A stretch of 46,844 bases of DNA from a virus (IMGVR_UViG_3300020716_000012:1-46844), one strand, 5' to 3'; shown: positions 1 through 9,798, counted from the first letter of the stretch. The notes: generated from the sequence alone by a model not told the origin. Made by a program: numbers and translations.

Positions 1-525
1 TTTCCCCCCCCCCCCTATCTCATCGGAAAGTCTGAGGCCTCCACTGATAACTGTTCCAGCTTCTTTCGTCTGGATAGAAGCCATCCACTCAGATTGAATG
101 GCTTGTGAATATAGATCGATTGATTCGAGTACTGTACCAACTAATCCTTTTTCTATAAACCGAAGTGTTTTTGCCATAAATAACATGGATGCTCTAACAT
201 CTTCGTTTGTATAGGTCTTTCTGGATGGAATCATTGCTTCTATTGATACTTTGTCCAATTTCCACACATTTGGTAATTCTGCTGTGGATGCAATTATCTT
301 ATATCCATCATGGATTGTATCATTTGCCGAGTCAACCCGAAAAATATCCATTGTACCAGTAGTTAGACGCTCCATGAAATATTCTCCATTATTACGGGCC
401 ATATGATTATCTAATAAATAGTAATCATTTCCGAGCTTAACTAATTTGTGGTCCATGTCCATACGTGATCCCGTTAAGTATAAATAATCCTCTTCCGTGA
501 GGTCTTCTGAAATTTTATAGCTCAT
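1..525 (-). CDS. hypothetical phage protein, 3' end runs off the window
   Basis: Read manually, absent from the track: ATG at 525 overlaps the upstream stop (ATGA); frame MSYKISEDLTEEDYLYLTGSRMDMDHKLVKLGNDYY... is open to position 1. Confidence 0.75.
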   Translation of the reverse strand, partial: MSYKISEDLTEEDYLYLTGSRMDMDHKLVKLGNDYYLLDNHMARNNGEYFMERLTTGTMDIFRVDSANDTIHDGYKIIASTAELPNVWKLDKVSIEAMIPSRKTYTNEDVRASMLFMAKTLRFIEKGLVGTVLESIDLYSQAIQSEWMASIQTKEAGTVISGGLRLSDEIGGGGK

Positions 526-830
526 ATATTACCTTTTATTTCCTTTTTGTCTTCCTCTTCCTTTAATTTTCGATTTATAAACCTTTTCGACCTTAATTCA
601 AAAGGCCAACTATATTTAATAAAATCTACACCTTTTACTGGTGCACGATCAGTTAGCTCCGGCTGTTTGGTATAATCAGGAGTACCATCTTCCTTTAAAG
701 GCCTATCATAAACACCTCTAGTATGTTGACCACTAGTAAAACCAAAATGCTTACGTGGATTTTTATCAGTTTTCCTTTCCTTTTGTTGGCGATGCTTTTT
801 CCCTTTATATTCCCTTAACGTTCTGCTCAT
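522..830 (-). CDS. basic hypothetical protein
   Basis: 102 aa ORF overlapping neighbours in a minus-strand gene run. Confidence 0.65.
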   Translation of the reverse strand: MSRTLREYKGKKHRQQKERKTDKNPRKHFGFTSGQHTRGVYDRPLKEDGTPDYTKQPELTDRAPVKGVDFIKYSWPFELRSKRFINRKLKEEEDKKEIKGNI

Positions 831-1716
831 TTTGAATAGTTCTTAATGCTGTTAGTAATCCTGCAACTAAAGCAGAGTATTCAGTTTTAAAATCCTCATC
901 GCTTGTTCGAATACCATCCTCTGATATTTTATTTCCTATGTCGTCCAATGTAAAGATCCATCCATTGGCAGATTGCATAGTACTAAGATGTAATCGATGT
1001 TCCATCTTTAACCAGCGAATAACCTGCGACCATAAAGGAGCTTGTGTTATTTCAGGAGTAAAGAATGTTGTGTGGATATATTCCGGGTGGTCATCCATAC
1101 TTTCCTGCCCGAGCATATTGAATTGACCTGTTCTATTTTCATACCAAGCTAAACAAGGTAAATCAAAATTAGCATCCTTCAACATTTTTGCTAATTGCCA
1201 TGGAACAAATTCTTCGTGAATATCATAGAAGTCAGAAGGCTTATGATTTTTGAAGATTAGTTCTTCTATGTTTTTAAGGTCTTTTGGTTTTTCTTGATCT
1301 GGCCACCAACCATCCCAATTACCTCTATAACCCTTTTCGTACCATTCAATATGTAACATTGTCATCGGTTTTCCTTTGTCCTTTAATAGGACAGTAAGGA
1401 TGTTACCGATTAAACTACCCTCGTCAATAGAATCGCCAATCTTCAATTCAGGATTAGGTTCTAGCTCTCCATAAAGAATAACACCTGATTCTCCTTCGAC
1501 TGCTACACATTTTGTTTCTGCCCACCAAGGCATTCCAATAGATGCACCTGTGAATGGTGCGATGTCTGTGACTACACCATCCTCGAAAGCATATACAGGA
1601 GTTCCTGGATTGCAAAATAAATCCACCCCGGTATGAAAATCCCAGCGCCTCTTTGCCCCAAATCGATTGGCCCCTGGTATATCTTCTAATCTATAAAATT
1701 TCTTTATTGGAAACAT
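805..1716 (-). CDS. M23 family metallopeptidase fused to a C-terminal phage domain
   Basis: HTGVDL (HxxxD), GTPVYA..DGVV and MLHIE motifs; second domain begins HEEFVPWQLAKMLKDANFD. Confidence 0.8.
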   Translation of the reverse strand: MFPIKKFYRLEDIPGANRFGAKRRWDFHTGVDLFCNPGTPVYAFEDGVVTDIAPFTGASIGMPWWAETKCVAVEGESGVILYGELEPNPELKIGDSIDEGSLIGNILTVLLKDKGKPMTMLHIEWYEKGYRGNWDGWWPDQEKPKDLKNIEELIFKNHKPSDFYDIHEEFVPWQLAKMLKDANFDLPCLAWYENRTGQFNMLGQESMDDHPEYIHTTFFTPEITQAPLWSQVIRWLKMEHRLHLSTMQSANGWIFTLDDIGNKISEDGIRTSDEDFKTEYSALVAGLLTALRTIQNEQNVKGI

Positions 1717-1718
1717 AA

Positions 1719-2636
1719 TTATTTATTTTTAGTCCACCCTTTATTTATAAATTTCATTCTTCCTGATTTCCATCCCAATTCAATAAATGAAATAAGGTCC
1801 TCTTTCTTAATCCTTTTATTCTCAATACCATTATTAATAAATATTTTACCTATCCCTGAACTTTTTTCTCCTGTTCTTAACTTAGCTTTTTCTCTAAGCC
1901 TTTTTTTCATTTCATCACTAACACTTTTTCCGAGCATCCCTTTAATTCCAGTTCTTCCTTTATAAATACTTACTAATTCACCTGATAAATATCTAGGATC
2001 CTTATTACTAATCGTTTGTCTATTACCATCTATATCCCTTACTATAACCATTCCGGTCATATTAAAAACTAATTCACCAGATAAATATCGAGGGTCATCG
2101 GGATAAACACTAAAAAAATTATTATCTTTATCTTTTACTGTTATTCTATCTTTAAAATTACTCACCAATTCACCAGATAGATATTTAGGATCGTTTTTGT
2201 CAACTTGAAAAAAATTCCCTTCTTTATCCTTTACTGTTACCTTTCCTGTACAATTGAATTTTAATTCACCAGATAAATATCTAGGATCGTTTACGTCAAC
2301 CATAATTACTTTACCGTCTTCTTTTAAAACAGAAACCTTTCCTAAAAAAGACATACTTCCCCTAAGCCCTCCGACTATTCTATTATAGGTATCACTTCTA
2401 TAAATAAATTCTTTATTTACTATCTCTGCTTCTTTGTCCAACATTTCCTTTTCATTATCAAATATAAAAAGAGTTTCTTTTTTAAAATTAATCCTTCCTA
2501 ATTCCCTAATATCCTTCTTTAGCGATTTTGAACTTCCTAAATACTTATCATTTAAATCTGAGGTAATATGAAACCCAACATAAATCATTCCGGTTAATAA
2601 ATTAGTAGTTTGGTAAATAGTATAATATTTTTGCAT
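1719..2636 (-). CDS. GIY-YIG (Seg-like) homing endonuclease with four 32-aa repeats
   Basis: IYQTTNLLTGMIYVG..YLGS N-terminus; DPRYLSGEL repeats; C-terminal FINNG..KRIK..GWKSGR motif. Confidence 0.85.
   Translation of the reverse strand: MQKYYTIYQTTNLLTGMIYVGFHITSDLNDKYLGSSKSLKKDIRELGRINFKKETLFIFDNEKEMLDKEAEIVNKEFIYRSDTYNRIVGGLRGSMSFLGKVSVLKEDGKVIMVDVNDPRYLSGELKFNCTGKVTVKDKEGNFFQVDKNDPKYLSGELVSNFKDRITVKDKDNNFFSVYPDDPRYLSGELVFNMTGMVIVRDIDGNRQTISNKDPRYLSGELVSIYKGRTGIKGMLGKSVSDEMKKRLREKAKLRTGEKSSGIGKIFINNGIENKRIKKEDLISFIELGWKSGRMKFINKGWTKNK
1975..2288. repeat. four coding repeats with exact 96-bp period
   Basis: Core aattcaccagataaatatctaggatc variants start at 1975, 2071, 2167 and 2263. Confidence 0.9.
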
Positions 2637-2677
2637 ATACTATATATCCGTTAAATTCTACTATTCCAGTATGAAAA

Positions 2678-2920
2678 TCATATTATCAGAAACATCCTAT
2701 TTGGTTTTAATTTTTCTAATTCACACCAAGAACCATACTTATCTTTTGTTATTACTTTTAATAATTCTGGTATTTCTCCTTTTGGTCCATGTAAAACAAG
2801 ATCAATATTATCAGGTATATCAGATTTAAGATCTTTATTTATGAGATTACAAAATTGAGTATTCATAGCTTCATCTTTAATATCTGAATTTTCAATTATT
2901 GCTATTGTAACTATTACCAT
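2678..2920 (-). CDS. hypothetical protein
   Basis: 80 aa ORF in gene run. Confidence 0.6.
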   Translation of the reverse strand: MVIVTIAIIENSDIKDEAMNTQFCNLINKDLKSDIPDNIDLVLHGPKGEIPELLKVITKDKYGSWCELEKLKPNRMFLII

Positions 2921-2922
2921 AT

Positions 2923-3393
2923 TTACAGGTTTTTGTGAAATAAATTATTTATTGTTGTCCACCTTTCCTCGTGAGTATCGTCTCCGTACTTTTCATAGAG
3001 TTCTTTTAGATCATTCGATAAAAGTTCTATCCAGCTCCATTCATTTTTATCTACCAATGCTAGAAATTCATCCAATTGATCATGTGATCCATATAAATGG
3101 TAAATTCTTGACAAATCATCATGGCTATATCTTAGCCCGTCAATTTTTAATATGCCATATTGGCAATATTCTTGATCCTCTGGCCAAATAGCATAAGTGT
3201 AATTACCTTTCTTAAAATGAACTATACCAAATCCGTGGTTACCAACTTCATCATAACCACGTTTTATTAACTTGTCTTTAATAATTTCTACCTGCTTTTC
3301 CAGCCATGGTATTAACATTTCTTCATGAACTCTCTGAGGGACATCAAACATGTCCCTGGTGAAGTCAGAAAGAACTATTACATCATTTTCCAT
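2923..3393 (-). CDS. hypothetical protein
   Basis: Track gives 2923..3426; ATG at 3393 (MENDVIV) minimises overlap with the helicase. Confidence 0.65.
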   Translation of the reverse strand: MENDVIVLSDFTRDMFDVPQRVHEEMLIPWLEKQVEIIKDKLIKRGYDEVGNHGFGIVHFKKGNYTYAIWPEDQEYCQYGILKIDGLRYSHDDLSRIYHLYGSHDQLDEFLALVDKNEWSWIELLSNDLKELYEKYGDDTHEERWTTINNLFHKNL

Positions 3394-5308
3394 TCTCTGG
3401 TTGTTTAGCATATTGTGATAAGGCATAAGTACATCTGGATGATCTAGACATAGCTACGTACATTTCAGAATTTAGATTCTCTATTTGATTTGGATTATCC
3501 TTTAGCTTATTCCGCCAATAATGGTTCTTTCCTTCAATATTATCCAAATCAACAATAGTATTTTCATAGGTAGCACCCTGAGATTTATAGGCAGTAATCG
3601 CATAACCATAATCAATGGACTTCTCTTTGAATAGAGAAGCCTTCTTTTTGGTTATTTCTATAAATTCCATAACCTGTTCATAACTTAACATCCTATCAGC
3701 GAGTCTCATTTTCACGTTCCTTTCTATTTCGCCTTCACTGATTAATTTATCGTTATATCGGTAAATGTTTTCATTAGTTTGTAGGGTTACACTTAATAGT
3801 TTAAATGCACTTTCTATCGGAAGTATTTTCTCCCTCCAGAAATCTCTTCTTTTCTTATACTCGATTTTCTTTTGTTCCTTTTTAAGAACTTCAACCCTGT
3901 CATAAAGAAGATGGAATAAATTTCCAGTTTTATCAAATTCCTTAATATGGTCTGGGTCTTTCATATCAAAGATGTACATTACCATTTTTACTGGATCGAA
4001 TATGCTATCACTCTCGGTAATTTCAAGCGTGTATGGAATCAGTTCTAAGTCTTTTTTACCAAGTTCTGATAGTATCCGGGCAATTTGTTGTTTACCACTA
4101 TTCAATGTCCCCATAGTAAATTCATCTAAACCCACCTTTTGTCCATTTCTTATAGTTGTATCAACCATATTCATTAATCCAACTGGTGCAGTCTTAATAG
4201 AATTAACAATATACTCCTGAGAGTTATAAAATATTTCAACCGTTTGTGCATATCCCATTAAAGTATCACCAACACTATAAGAATATTCTCCAACATCAAG
4301 TCCAAGAATACCTCTTACCATTTTATTATATTGGGAAACCTTATTATTTGACTTTGCAACTATTTTTACAAACGACCTATTCTCTTTATATTTTGGGTCT
4401 GTATATAAATTGGTAATTACATCGCCGATAGTTTGTTTGTAAATGATCCCCTCCCCATCGGGACCTACCTTAGTAGTATATGATAAAGGTGATTGTACAC
4501 TGCGTATATTGTTGCGTAGCTCAGTTAATTCTGCTATTAAAGGATTATCTTTACCTGTGCGCATTACCTCCTTTAAAGCGACGCTATGTGTGACGTTCTG
4601 CGAACTAAACAAAGGGGATAGTTTCTGGGTACTGGGATTTCTTAATTGTGCAGGATCTCCCATTACAATAACTGGGATTGACCTAGAGTAGAATTTTACT
4701 TTTTCAATCTCATCTGGGTCTGAGATCATTGATACTTCATCAATGACCCAAAGAGAAACAACAGGCACACCACTTTTAATTAACTTACTATAACCGGCAG
4801 ACTCGTTCATATCTTTGGCATATTGCATACCTCCATGAGTATTCAATACCAATTGGGTTTGAAAGGCTGCCTGGGTAGTAAATGTTCTGGCTTTGAAAAA
4901 TTCACGAGCACTAACACTGGAAATATAATCTGCAGGCTTATGTGTAAATTTATTCAAAACCTGCATAGTCCGGATTGATTTGAATAGCTGTTTTCGTGCC
5001 TGGTGTGATGGTGCAGATATAGCAAAACCTTTCCCAATTTTCTTACTCTCTACCAGATATTGAAGGAAGAATTTAATAACAGAGGTTTTACCAACACCAG
5101 CAAATCCTTTTACTAAAAATATATTATCTTCTCCGGTTCTATTTTTACGAGTATCCCACCAGTGATATAATTCTTCTAATAGCTTACCCTGTTGACCAGA
5201 GAGACCATTAGGGAATGGAATGTTTATAATATGCCCATCCGGAAATTTATATTGATGCTTCTCCGGAACTATTTCTATTTCCTCTTCTTTTACGACTATT
5301 CCGTCCAT
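3383..5308 (-). CDS. dda: Dda-like SF1B DNA helicase
   Basis: Walker A GFAGVGKT, APSHQA, VIDEVSM, GDPAQL, YAITAYKSQG and YVAMSR helicase motifs. Confidence 0.88.
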   Translation of the reverse strand: MDGIVVKEEEIEIVPEKHQYKFPDGHIINIPFPNGLSGQQGKLLEELYHWWDTRKNRTGEDNIFLVKGFAGVGKTSVIKFFLQYLVESKKIGKGFAISAPSHQARKQLFKSIRTMQVLNKFTHKPADYISSVSAREFFKARTFTTQAAFQTQLVLNTHGGMQYAKDMNESAGYSKLIKSGVPVVSLWVIDEVSMISDPDEIEKVKFYSRSIPVIVMGDPAQLRNPSTQKLSPLFSSQNVTHSVALKEVMRTGKDNPLIAELTELRNNIRSVQSPLSYTTKVGPDGEGIIYKQTIGDVITNLYTDPKYKENRSFVKIVAKSNNKVSQYNKMVRGILGLDVGEYSYSVGDTLMGYAQTVEIFYNSQEYIVNSIKTAPVGLMNMVDTTIRNGQKVGLDEFTMGTLNSGKQQIARILSELGKKDLELIPYTLEITESDSIFDPVKMVMYIFDMKDPDHIKEFDKTGNLFHLLYDRVEVLKKEQKKIEYKKRRDFWREKILPIESAFKLLSVTLQTNENIYRYNDKLISEGEIERNVKMRLADRMLSYEQVMEFIEITKKKASLFKEKSIDYGYAITAYKSQGATYENTIVDLDNIEGKNHYWRNKLKDNPNQIENLNSEMYVAMSRSSRCTYALSQYAKQPENGK

Positions 5309-5928
5309 AATTTTAATTGGTTCTTACTTGGCGGAACTAATAATTGTCCTAGCCCATACATCATCTTATTTGTTTCGTCTCCACTAAATCCAAAGGATCC
5401 TTCGGATCCATCACAAAGTCTTTCTATTCTATTAATTAAAAACTCTCTAAGAAAGAGATTCTCTAAAAAATTAATATAGACCTTATGTATTCCAAGACCC
5501 CTATAAGAAAGATCTAATTCAATATGACCTTTTGAATTAGTTTTAATAAATGGGGTTCCTACCATATCAGTTGCCAAAATCCTTCTACAATTTTTCTCAT
5601 AATGATAACCTATGTGGTATTTTATTATATAGGAAATCTTTTTACCAAGATCTGGGGTTAACTCAATAAAAAGATCACCCTTTTCTTTTATACCCGGATA
5701 AGTTACGATAATTTTTGTAGATATTGATTTCATTTGTGAAGAACTATAGCTAAAATCCTTCATTTCAAAAATTGGTATAGGAACTTGAAATAAGTCTCTT
5801 GTTAAAATATCCAGTCCACCATGAGTTTCCTTTAACACATCATTAGTATGTAAGAGGATAATTCTTGTTGCCAATTCTGGACTCATTTTATCCAGATCGT
5901 TCATTTTAAACCTGGCCATAGTTATCAT
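5296..5928 (-). CDS. hypothetical protein
   Basis: 210 aa ORF coupled to metG by ATGA overlap. Confidence 0.7.
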   Translation of the reverse strand: MITMARFKMNDLDKMSPELATRIILLHTNDVLKETHGGLDILTRDLFQVPIPIFEMKDFSYSSSQMKSISTKIIVTYPGIKEKGDLFIELTPDLGKKISYIIKYHIGYHYEKNCRRILATDMVGTPFIKTNSKGHIELDLSYRGLGIHKVYINFLENLFLREFLINRIERLCDGSEGSFGFSGDETNKMMYGLGQLLVPPSKNQLKLWTE

Positions 5929-7361
5929 GGAATTCTTTCGAATAGTTTAACCTTTTTCCTTGCCCGAACTGCTTCGTCCAATAATATTGTTTTCTCTGGA
6001 AATACAGGAGAATAAAATCTTCCTGCTGTTCTAATAAGATGATAGCAATCGCTTATAACCGATTTAACCTTATCGGGATCTTTTTCATTCCAAGGAGCGT
6101 TATCATTGATATACTTATTACCAAAGGAAACGAGCTCTGCAGTTAGCATCAATCCTTCCCTTATATCCATATTATTCCAAGACCTAATAATTAGATTTTC
6201 ATATTCAACTAATTTTTGGAAAAAGGAAGGTGTTACAGAGGCATAATATTCACCCTCACATTTTGTATCTAATAAATGTAATACCCTGGAAACAAAATTA
6301 CCCCAAGAATTACAAATATCGGAATTATATTTTAACTTCAATTCTTTTTCATCCCAACTAGAATTTGAGCATGTAGATAATCCAGCTAAAGCATAATACC
6401 TTACGGCATCAAGACCATACTTATTTAATTGGTCTATTGGATCAATAACATTCCCTTCTGTCTTGGACATTTTTTTACCTGAGGCATCATTAATAGTTCC
6501 ATGTACTAAAAGCTTATCCGTATGTTTAAGACCTTCAGCTTCTAACATAGATTGGAAAATAATAGCCTGAAATCTTAAATTATCAGGTCCACATATTTGA
6601 ATTATTTCTGTATTATCATTCCAAATATTCTTATCTGTTAGATATCCTGCAGCAAAGAAATAATTACTGAGTGCCTCTAGCCAACAATATATAGTTTGTT
6701 CAGTGTCATTTGGTACAGGTATTGCCCATGAAACTTTTGATCTCAATCGAGAAACAGACATTTCAGAAGATTCAGCTATTAAATTTCTAAGCTCCTGAGA
6801 TTTTGAGTTAGGGATTAAGAATCCCGGAGAATTATCTAACCATTTATTTAGGGGCTCTTTATATTTACCTATATCAAAATGCCAATTTTCCTCCTCAATC
6901 ATTTTTAATTCTAATGATAGATGGTCCGGACATTTACCCTCTATTAATTCCTTAGTCTGTTTAAAAGACTCACACCCAGAACAATAAAGACCAGAATATT
7001 TTTTCTTATATAGATTCCCCCTTTCTAAAAAATGACTCCAAAGAATAAAAGTCTTTTCATAATGAAATTTATCAGAAGTTAGATAGAAATTATCATATTC
7101 TATATCAAATTTTTTACAAAAATCCTTCCATATAGGAACAACTGATTCTATATAACTTAATGGATCTAAACCAAGATCGTCTGCTTTTTCCTTTATTTTA
7201 GTTCCATGACAATCGAGCCCAGTATTAAGGAAAACATTATTACCCTGAAGTTTAAAAAACCTTGTTAGAGCATCACCAATAATAAATTCAAACATATGTC
7301 CTATGTGAGGTAAGCCAATATAAGGTAAAGTTGTAGTTATGAATAAATTTTTATTCTCCAT
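5925..7361 (-). CDS. metG: methionyl-tRNA synthetase (short, single zinc knuckle)
   Basis: FITTTLPY..PHIGH, GLDCHG, CSGC..CPDH knuckle, KMSKT, anticodon-domain GNKYINDNAPW. Confidence 0.93.
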   Translation of the reverse strand: MENKNLFITTTLPYIGLPHIGHMFEFIIGDALTRFFKLQGNNVFLNTGLDCHGTKIKEKADDLGLDPLSYIESVVPIWKDFCKKFDIEYDNFYLTSDKFHYEKTFILWSHFLERGNLYKKKYSGLYCSGCESFKQTKELIEGKCPDHLSLELKMIEEENWHFDIGKYKEPLNKWLDNSPGFLIPNSKSQELRNLIAESSEMSVSRLRSKVSWAIPVPNDTEQTIYCWLEALSNYFFAAGYLTDKNIWNDNTEIIQICGPDNLRFQAIIFQSMLEAEGLKHTDKLLVHGTINDASGKKMSKTEGNVIDPIDQLNKYGLDAVRYYALAGLSTCSNSSWDEKELKLKYNSDICNSWGNFVSRVLHLLDTKCEGEYYASVTPSFFQKLVEYENLIIRSWNNMDIREGLMLTAELVSFGNKYINDNAPWNEKDPDKVKSVISDCYHLIRTAGRFYSPVFPEKTILLDEAVRARKKVKLFERIP

Positions 7362-7986
7362 TTATATAATATTTAAAAACATATCCCTTAGTATTCTTAT
7401 TTTTACCTTTCAATACTAAATTTATGTTCGGTGATGTTAATTTTAATTCTTTAGAGGCTTCAATCAATGTATTGTAAATTTTATTATTATTCAAACAAAT
7501 TATCTTTTTACCTATTTTTCCCTCCTGAGTTAATTTTTCCCTAGCCTTTTTTATATTTTCTTTATGTGATAATGATTTTGGTCCTAATAATTTTTTTATT
7601 TGCTCGTCTGGCATTTTTTTACCCTTATTATAAGGAATTTTTCCCTTTGCATTTTGATTTCCTATATTTTTCCCTTTATTAGAAATAGATATTCTTTTAT
7701 TAACCTTCTTACCCAAATTACCTCCTTCTCCTCCTCCTATAGAAATATTATATCCTATTTTACGATCAGTTGAATTATAAAATTTAATCCAATAAATTTC
7801 TTTTTCTGTTAATTGATTTTTAGTATCACAATATTCAATAGTTTCTTTAATAAAATTTTCTTTGCCATATTTTCTAATAGCTTTTTTAATAGCAACACCG
7901 CTTCCTAAATAATTAGGATTATTATTAGTATCAAAACCTATATAAATTTTTCCATTTATTTTATTTGTTGTTTTATAAACAATCAT
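7351..7986 (-). CDS. GIY-YIG homing endonuclease with NUMOD-type C-terminus
   Basis: MIVYKTTNKINGKIYIG..YLGSG..KYGKENF; PYNKGK and IICLNN..YNTLIEASKEL motifs. Confidence 0.9.
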   Translation of the reverse strand: MIVYKTTNKINGKIYIGFDTNNNPNYLGSGVAIKKAIRKYGKENFIKETIEYCDTKNQLTEKEIYWIKFYNSTDRKIGYNISIGGGEGGNLGKKVNKRISISNKGKNIGNQNAKGKIPYNKGKKMPDEQIKKLLGPKSLSHKENIKKAREKLTQEGKIGKKIICLNNNKIYNTLIEASKELKLTSPNINLVLKGKNKNTKGYVFKYYINGE

Positions 7987-8014
7987 AGAATTTATTTTAT
8001 CTATATATTGATCA

Positions 8015-8185
8015 TTAAAATTCTGGATCGTACGTCCAATCCCGGGAGTTTATTATTTTAACAATCTCAAGTAATGATAATCCCAAAAAATTTACGAAAT
8101 GGATATTATGACCAACAAAGTCTTTTACATTTAACTTATTATTGATTATAAATTCTACATCTTGAAAACTGGTTATCTTTTTCAT
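8015..8185 (-). CDS. small hypothetical protein (56 aa)
   Basis: Read manually: MKKITSFQDVEFIINNKLNVKDFVGH...WTYDPEF*; ATGA overlap with upstream gene. Confidence 0.6.
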   Translation of the reverse strand: MKKITSFQDVEFIINNKLNVKDFVGHNIHFVNFLGLSLLEIVKIINSRDWTYDPEF

Positions 8186-8451
8186 ACTTTAGCTTTGATG
8201 GATTCGTCAATTTTGATTTGCTCTTCTTTCGTAGGCTTCCTAACCGTATGGTCGGTAAATACAATATAGATCTCATTTGAGGGAGTGGTAAACAATCCAA
8301 TTTCATGACCATTTGCTACTCCTTTAATAGAACGATTTTTTGTAAAAGTTCCCTCTATTAATAGATTTTTACTTTTTAGCCTGAAGTCATTATCCTCGTA
8401 CATGGCTAAACTTAAATTCTCGTCTCCGTATGTTGATACAATATATTTCAT
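8182..8451 (-). CDS. hypothetical protein
   Basis: 89 aa ORF, ATGA-coupled. Confidence 0.65.
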   Translation of the reverse strand: MKYIVSTYGDENLSLAMYEDNDFRLKSKNLLIEGTFTKNRSIKGVANGHEIGLFTTPSNEIYIVFTDHTVRKPTKEEQIKIDESIKAKV

Positions 8452-8759
8452 CCCCTGGTAAATAATTTATGCTCTTTTGATGGATCGTTAGTATCTTGAA
8501 CAAATTCCATGTCCTCATCCCTTGTTACCTTTATACTACATTTTTCTCCACCCCTGCTATCATTTGTCATCCAAGTAACTAAATAATATTCGGATGATGG
8601 TAGTTTGGTATAATGAAAATTATAAATATAATCCCTCCCACCAGATTGACTAAATCCTTTAGGATCGGTTTTCCTAGTTTTACTATTAACCCGATTTATT
8701 GCAACATCACCTCTGATGATTTCGGATAATTTAATATTTCTTGAGGATCTTCCAGCCAT
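8448..8759 (-). CDS. hypothetical protein, paralog of 8773..9072
   Basis: DEDMEFVQDTNDPSKEHKL aligns with DEEIDFVQQIGNPNKEYKI. Confidence 0.7.
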   Translation of the reverse strand: MAGRSSRNIKLSEIIRGDVAINRVNSKTRKTDPKGFSQSGGRDYIYNFHYTKLPSSEYYLVTWMTNDSRGGEKCSIKVTRDEDMEFVQDTNDPSKEHKLFTRG

Positions 8760-8772
8760 ATTAATAGTCTTC

Positions 8773-9072
8773 CTACCTTTTATAAAAAATTGTGACTATT
8801 TTATATTCCTTATTTGGATTCCCAATTTGTTGGACGAAATCAATTTCTTCATCTACTTCTATATGAATATGTCCATAGGAATTATTCAATCTAAACCTCA
8901 AACTATATTTATTTTTCTCATTTGGCAATCTTTCATATCTAATGTCTAATAGAGTCTGCCATTCCTCGGTACGACTTACTCCAGCATCGTCTGTATTTCG
9001 GGCTTTACCATAAAGATCACCTTGATGATTATGGTTCATAATATCCCTTAATGTTAATGTTTGAACTGGCAT
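8773..9072 (-). CDS. hypothetical protein, paralog of 8448..8759
   Basis: Shared C-terminal and YxxLP motifs. Confidence 0.7.
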   Translation of the reverse strand: MPVQTLTLRDIMNHNHQGDLYGKARNTDDAGVSRTEEWQTLLDIRYERLPNEKNKYSLRFRLNNSYGHIHIEVDEEIDFVQQIGNPNKEYKIVTIFYKR

Positions 9073-9073
9073 T

Positions 9074-9718
9074 CTATTTTTTGGTAAATATGTAAATAAT
9101 ATTTTGGTCCCTTTGCATACTTCTGGAAAGGATAGTTTTATGTTTAAATTTCCTTACAGGGAACATATTAAGTATTTCTTTACTTGCATGGGTTTTTTCA
9201 TTCCCAACAAAGATATACTTTTCCACTCCGTGGTCAAATATTAATGTCTCATCAACGCCAAGGGCATTTCCATCCTCCATTCCTTCTTTCCATTTTTGAG
9301 TTACCCAGCAGGCAACAACTACCTTTGGCTGATATTTTTTAATTGCCTCTAAACCATCAATATGCTCTACATCCTTACCATAAGTTATAACGGGCTGATT
9401 TAAAGTAGCATAATAGGCTTTGATCTCTGGTAATTCCTGCATTTTATTGTCGGTAGTGGGAATTCCCAATAAACGACCAATGCAACCATTTCCAGAACCT
9501 ATCTCAATCGCTGGTTCCCCTGCAATCTGGTCTTTTAGAAATTTTATCAGTTCCCAAGTGGGCAATTGATATATTGCGTGTTTATGGCAAAATAGGCTTA
9601 ATTGTTCCTGTGAAAAACGGTTTAATACTTCAAACGGAAGATTATTAATCTGCCCGTCCGTTAATAGTAAACTTTCTAACTCGCTAATATCGGAAATGTT
9701 TAAATATGTAGAATTCAT
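9074..9718 (-). CDS. class I SAM-dependent methyltransferase-like protein
   Basis: AIEIGSGNG motif I, later IDGLEAIKKY; ATG at 9718 preferred because the TTG at 9745 lies inside the promoter. Confidence 0.6.
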   Translation of the reverse strand: MNSTYLNISDISELESLLLTDGQINNLPFEVLNRFSQEQLSLFCHKHAIYQLPTWELIKFLKDQIAGEPAIEIGSGNGCIGRLLGIPTTDNKMQELPEIKAYYATLNQPVITYGKDVEHIDGLEAIKKYQPKVVVACWVTQKWKEGMEDGNALGVDETLIFDHGVEKYIFVGNEKTHASKEILNMFPVRKFKHKTILSRSMQRDQNIIYIFTKK

Positions 9719-9742
9719 TATAACGTAGAGAATTTCAATATA

Positions 9743-9798
9743 CAAAAGTAATAAAAATATTCCGAATAAAAAAATACCAAATGTTAAAGAAAATATAA
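9743..9798 (-). promoter_or_regulatory. conserved early-type promoter copy 1
   Basis: TACTTTTG (-7 box TAnnTTTG) at 9743-9750, T-tract, TTTAACA at fixed 39-bp offset. Confidence 0.75.

Noticed and set aside
1975-2288. CRISPR-like periodic repeat
   Set aside because: The 96-bp period is in frame within an endonuclease, repeats vary at synonymous positions, the intervening parts are similar to each other, and no cas genes are present
7351-7986. Group I intron around the GIY-YIG genes
   Set aside because: Flanking genes (metG, M23, VWA) appear uninterrupted and there is no room for a ribozyme core; these are free-standing
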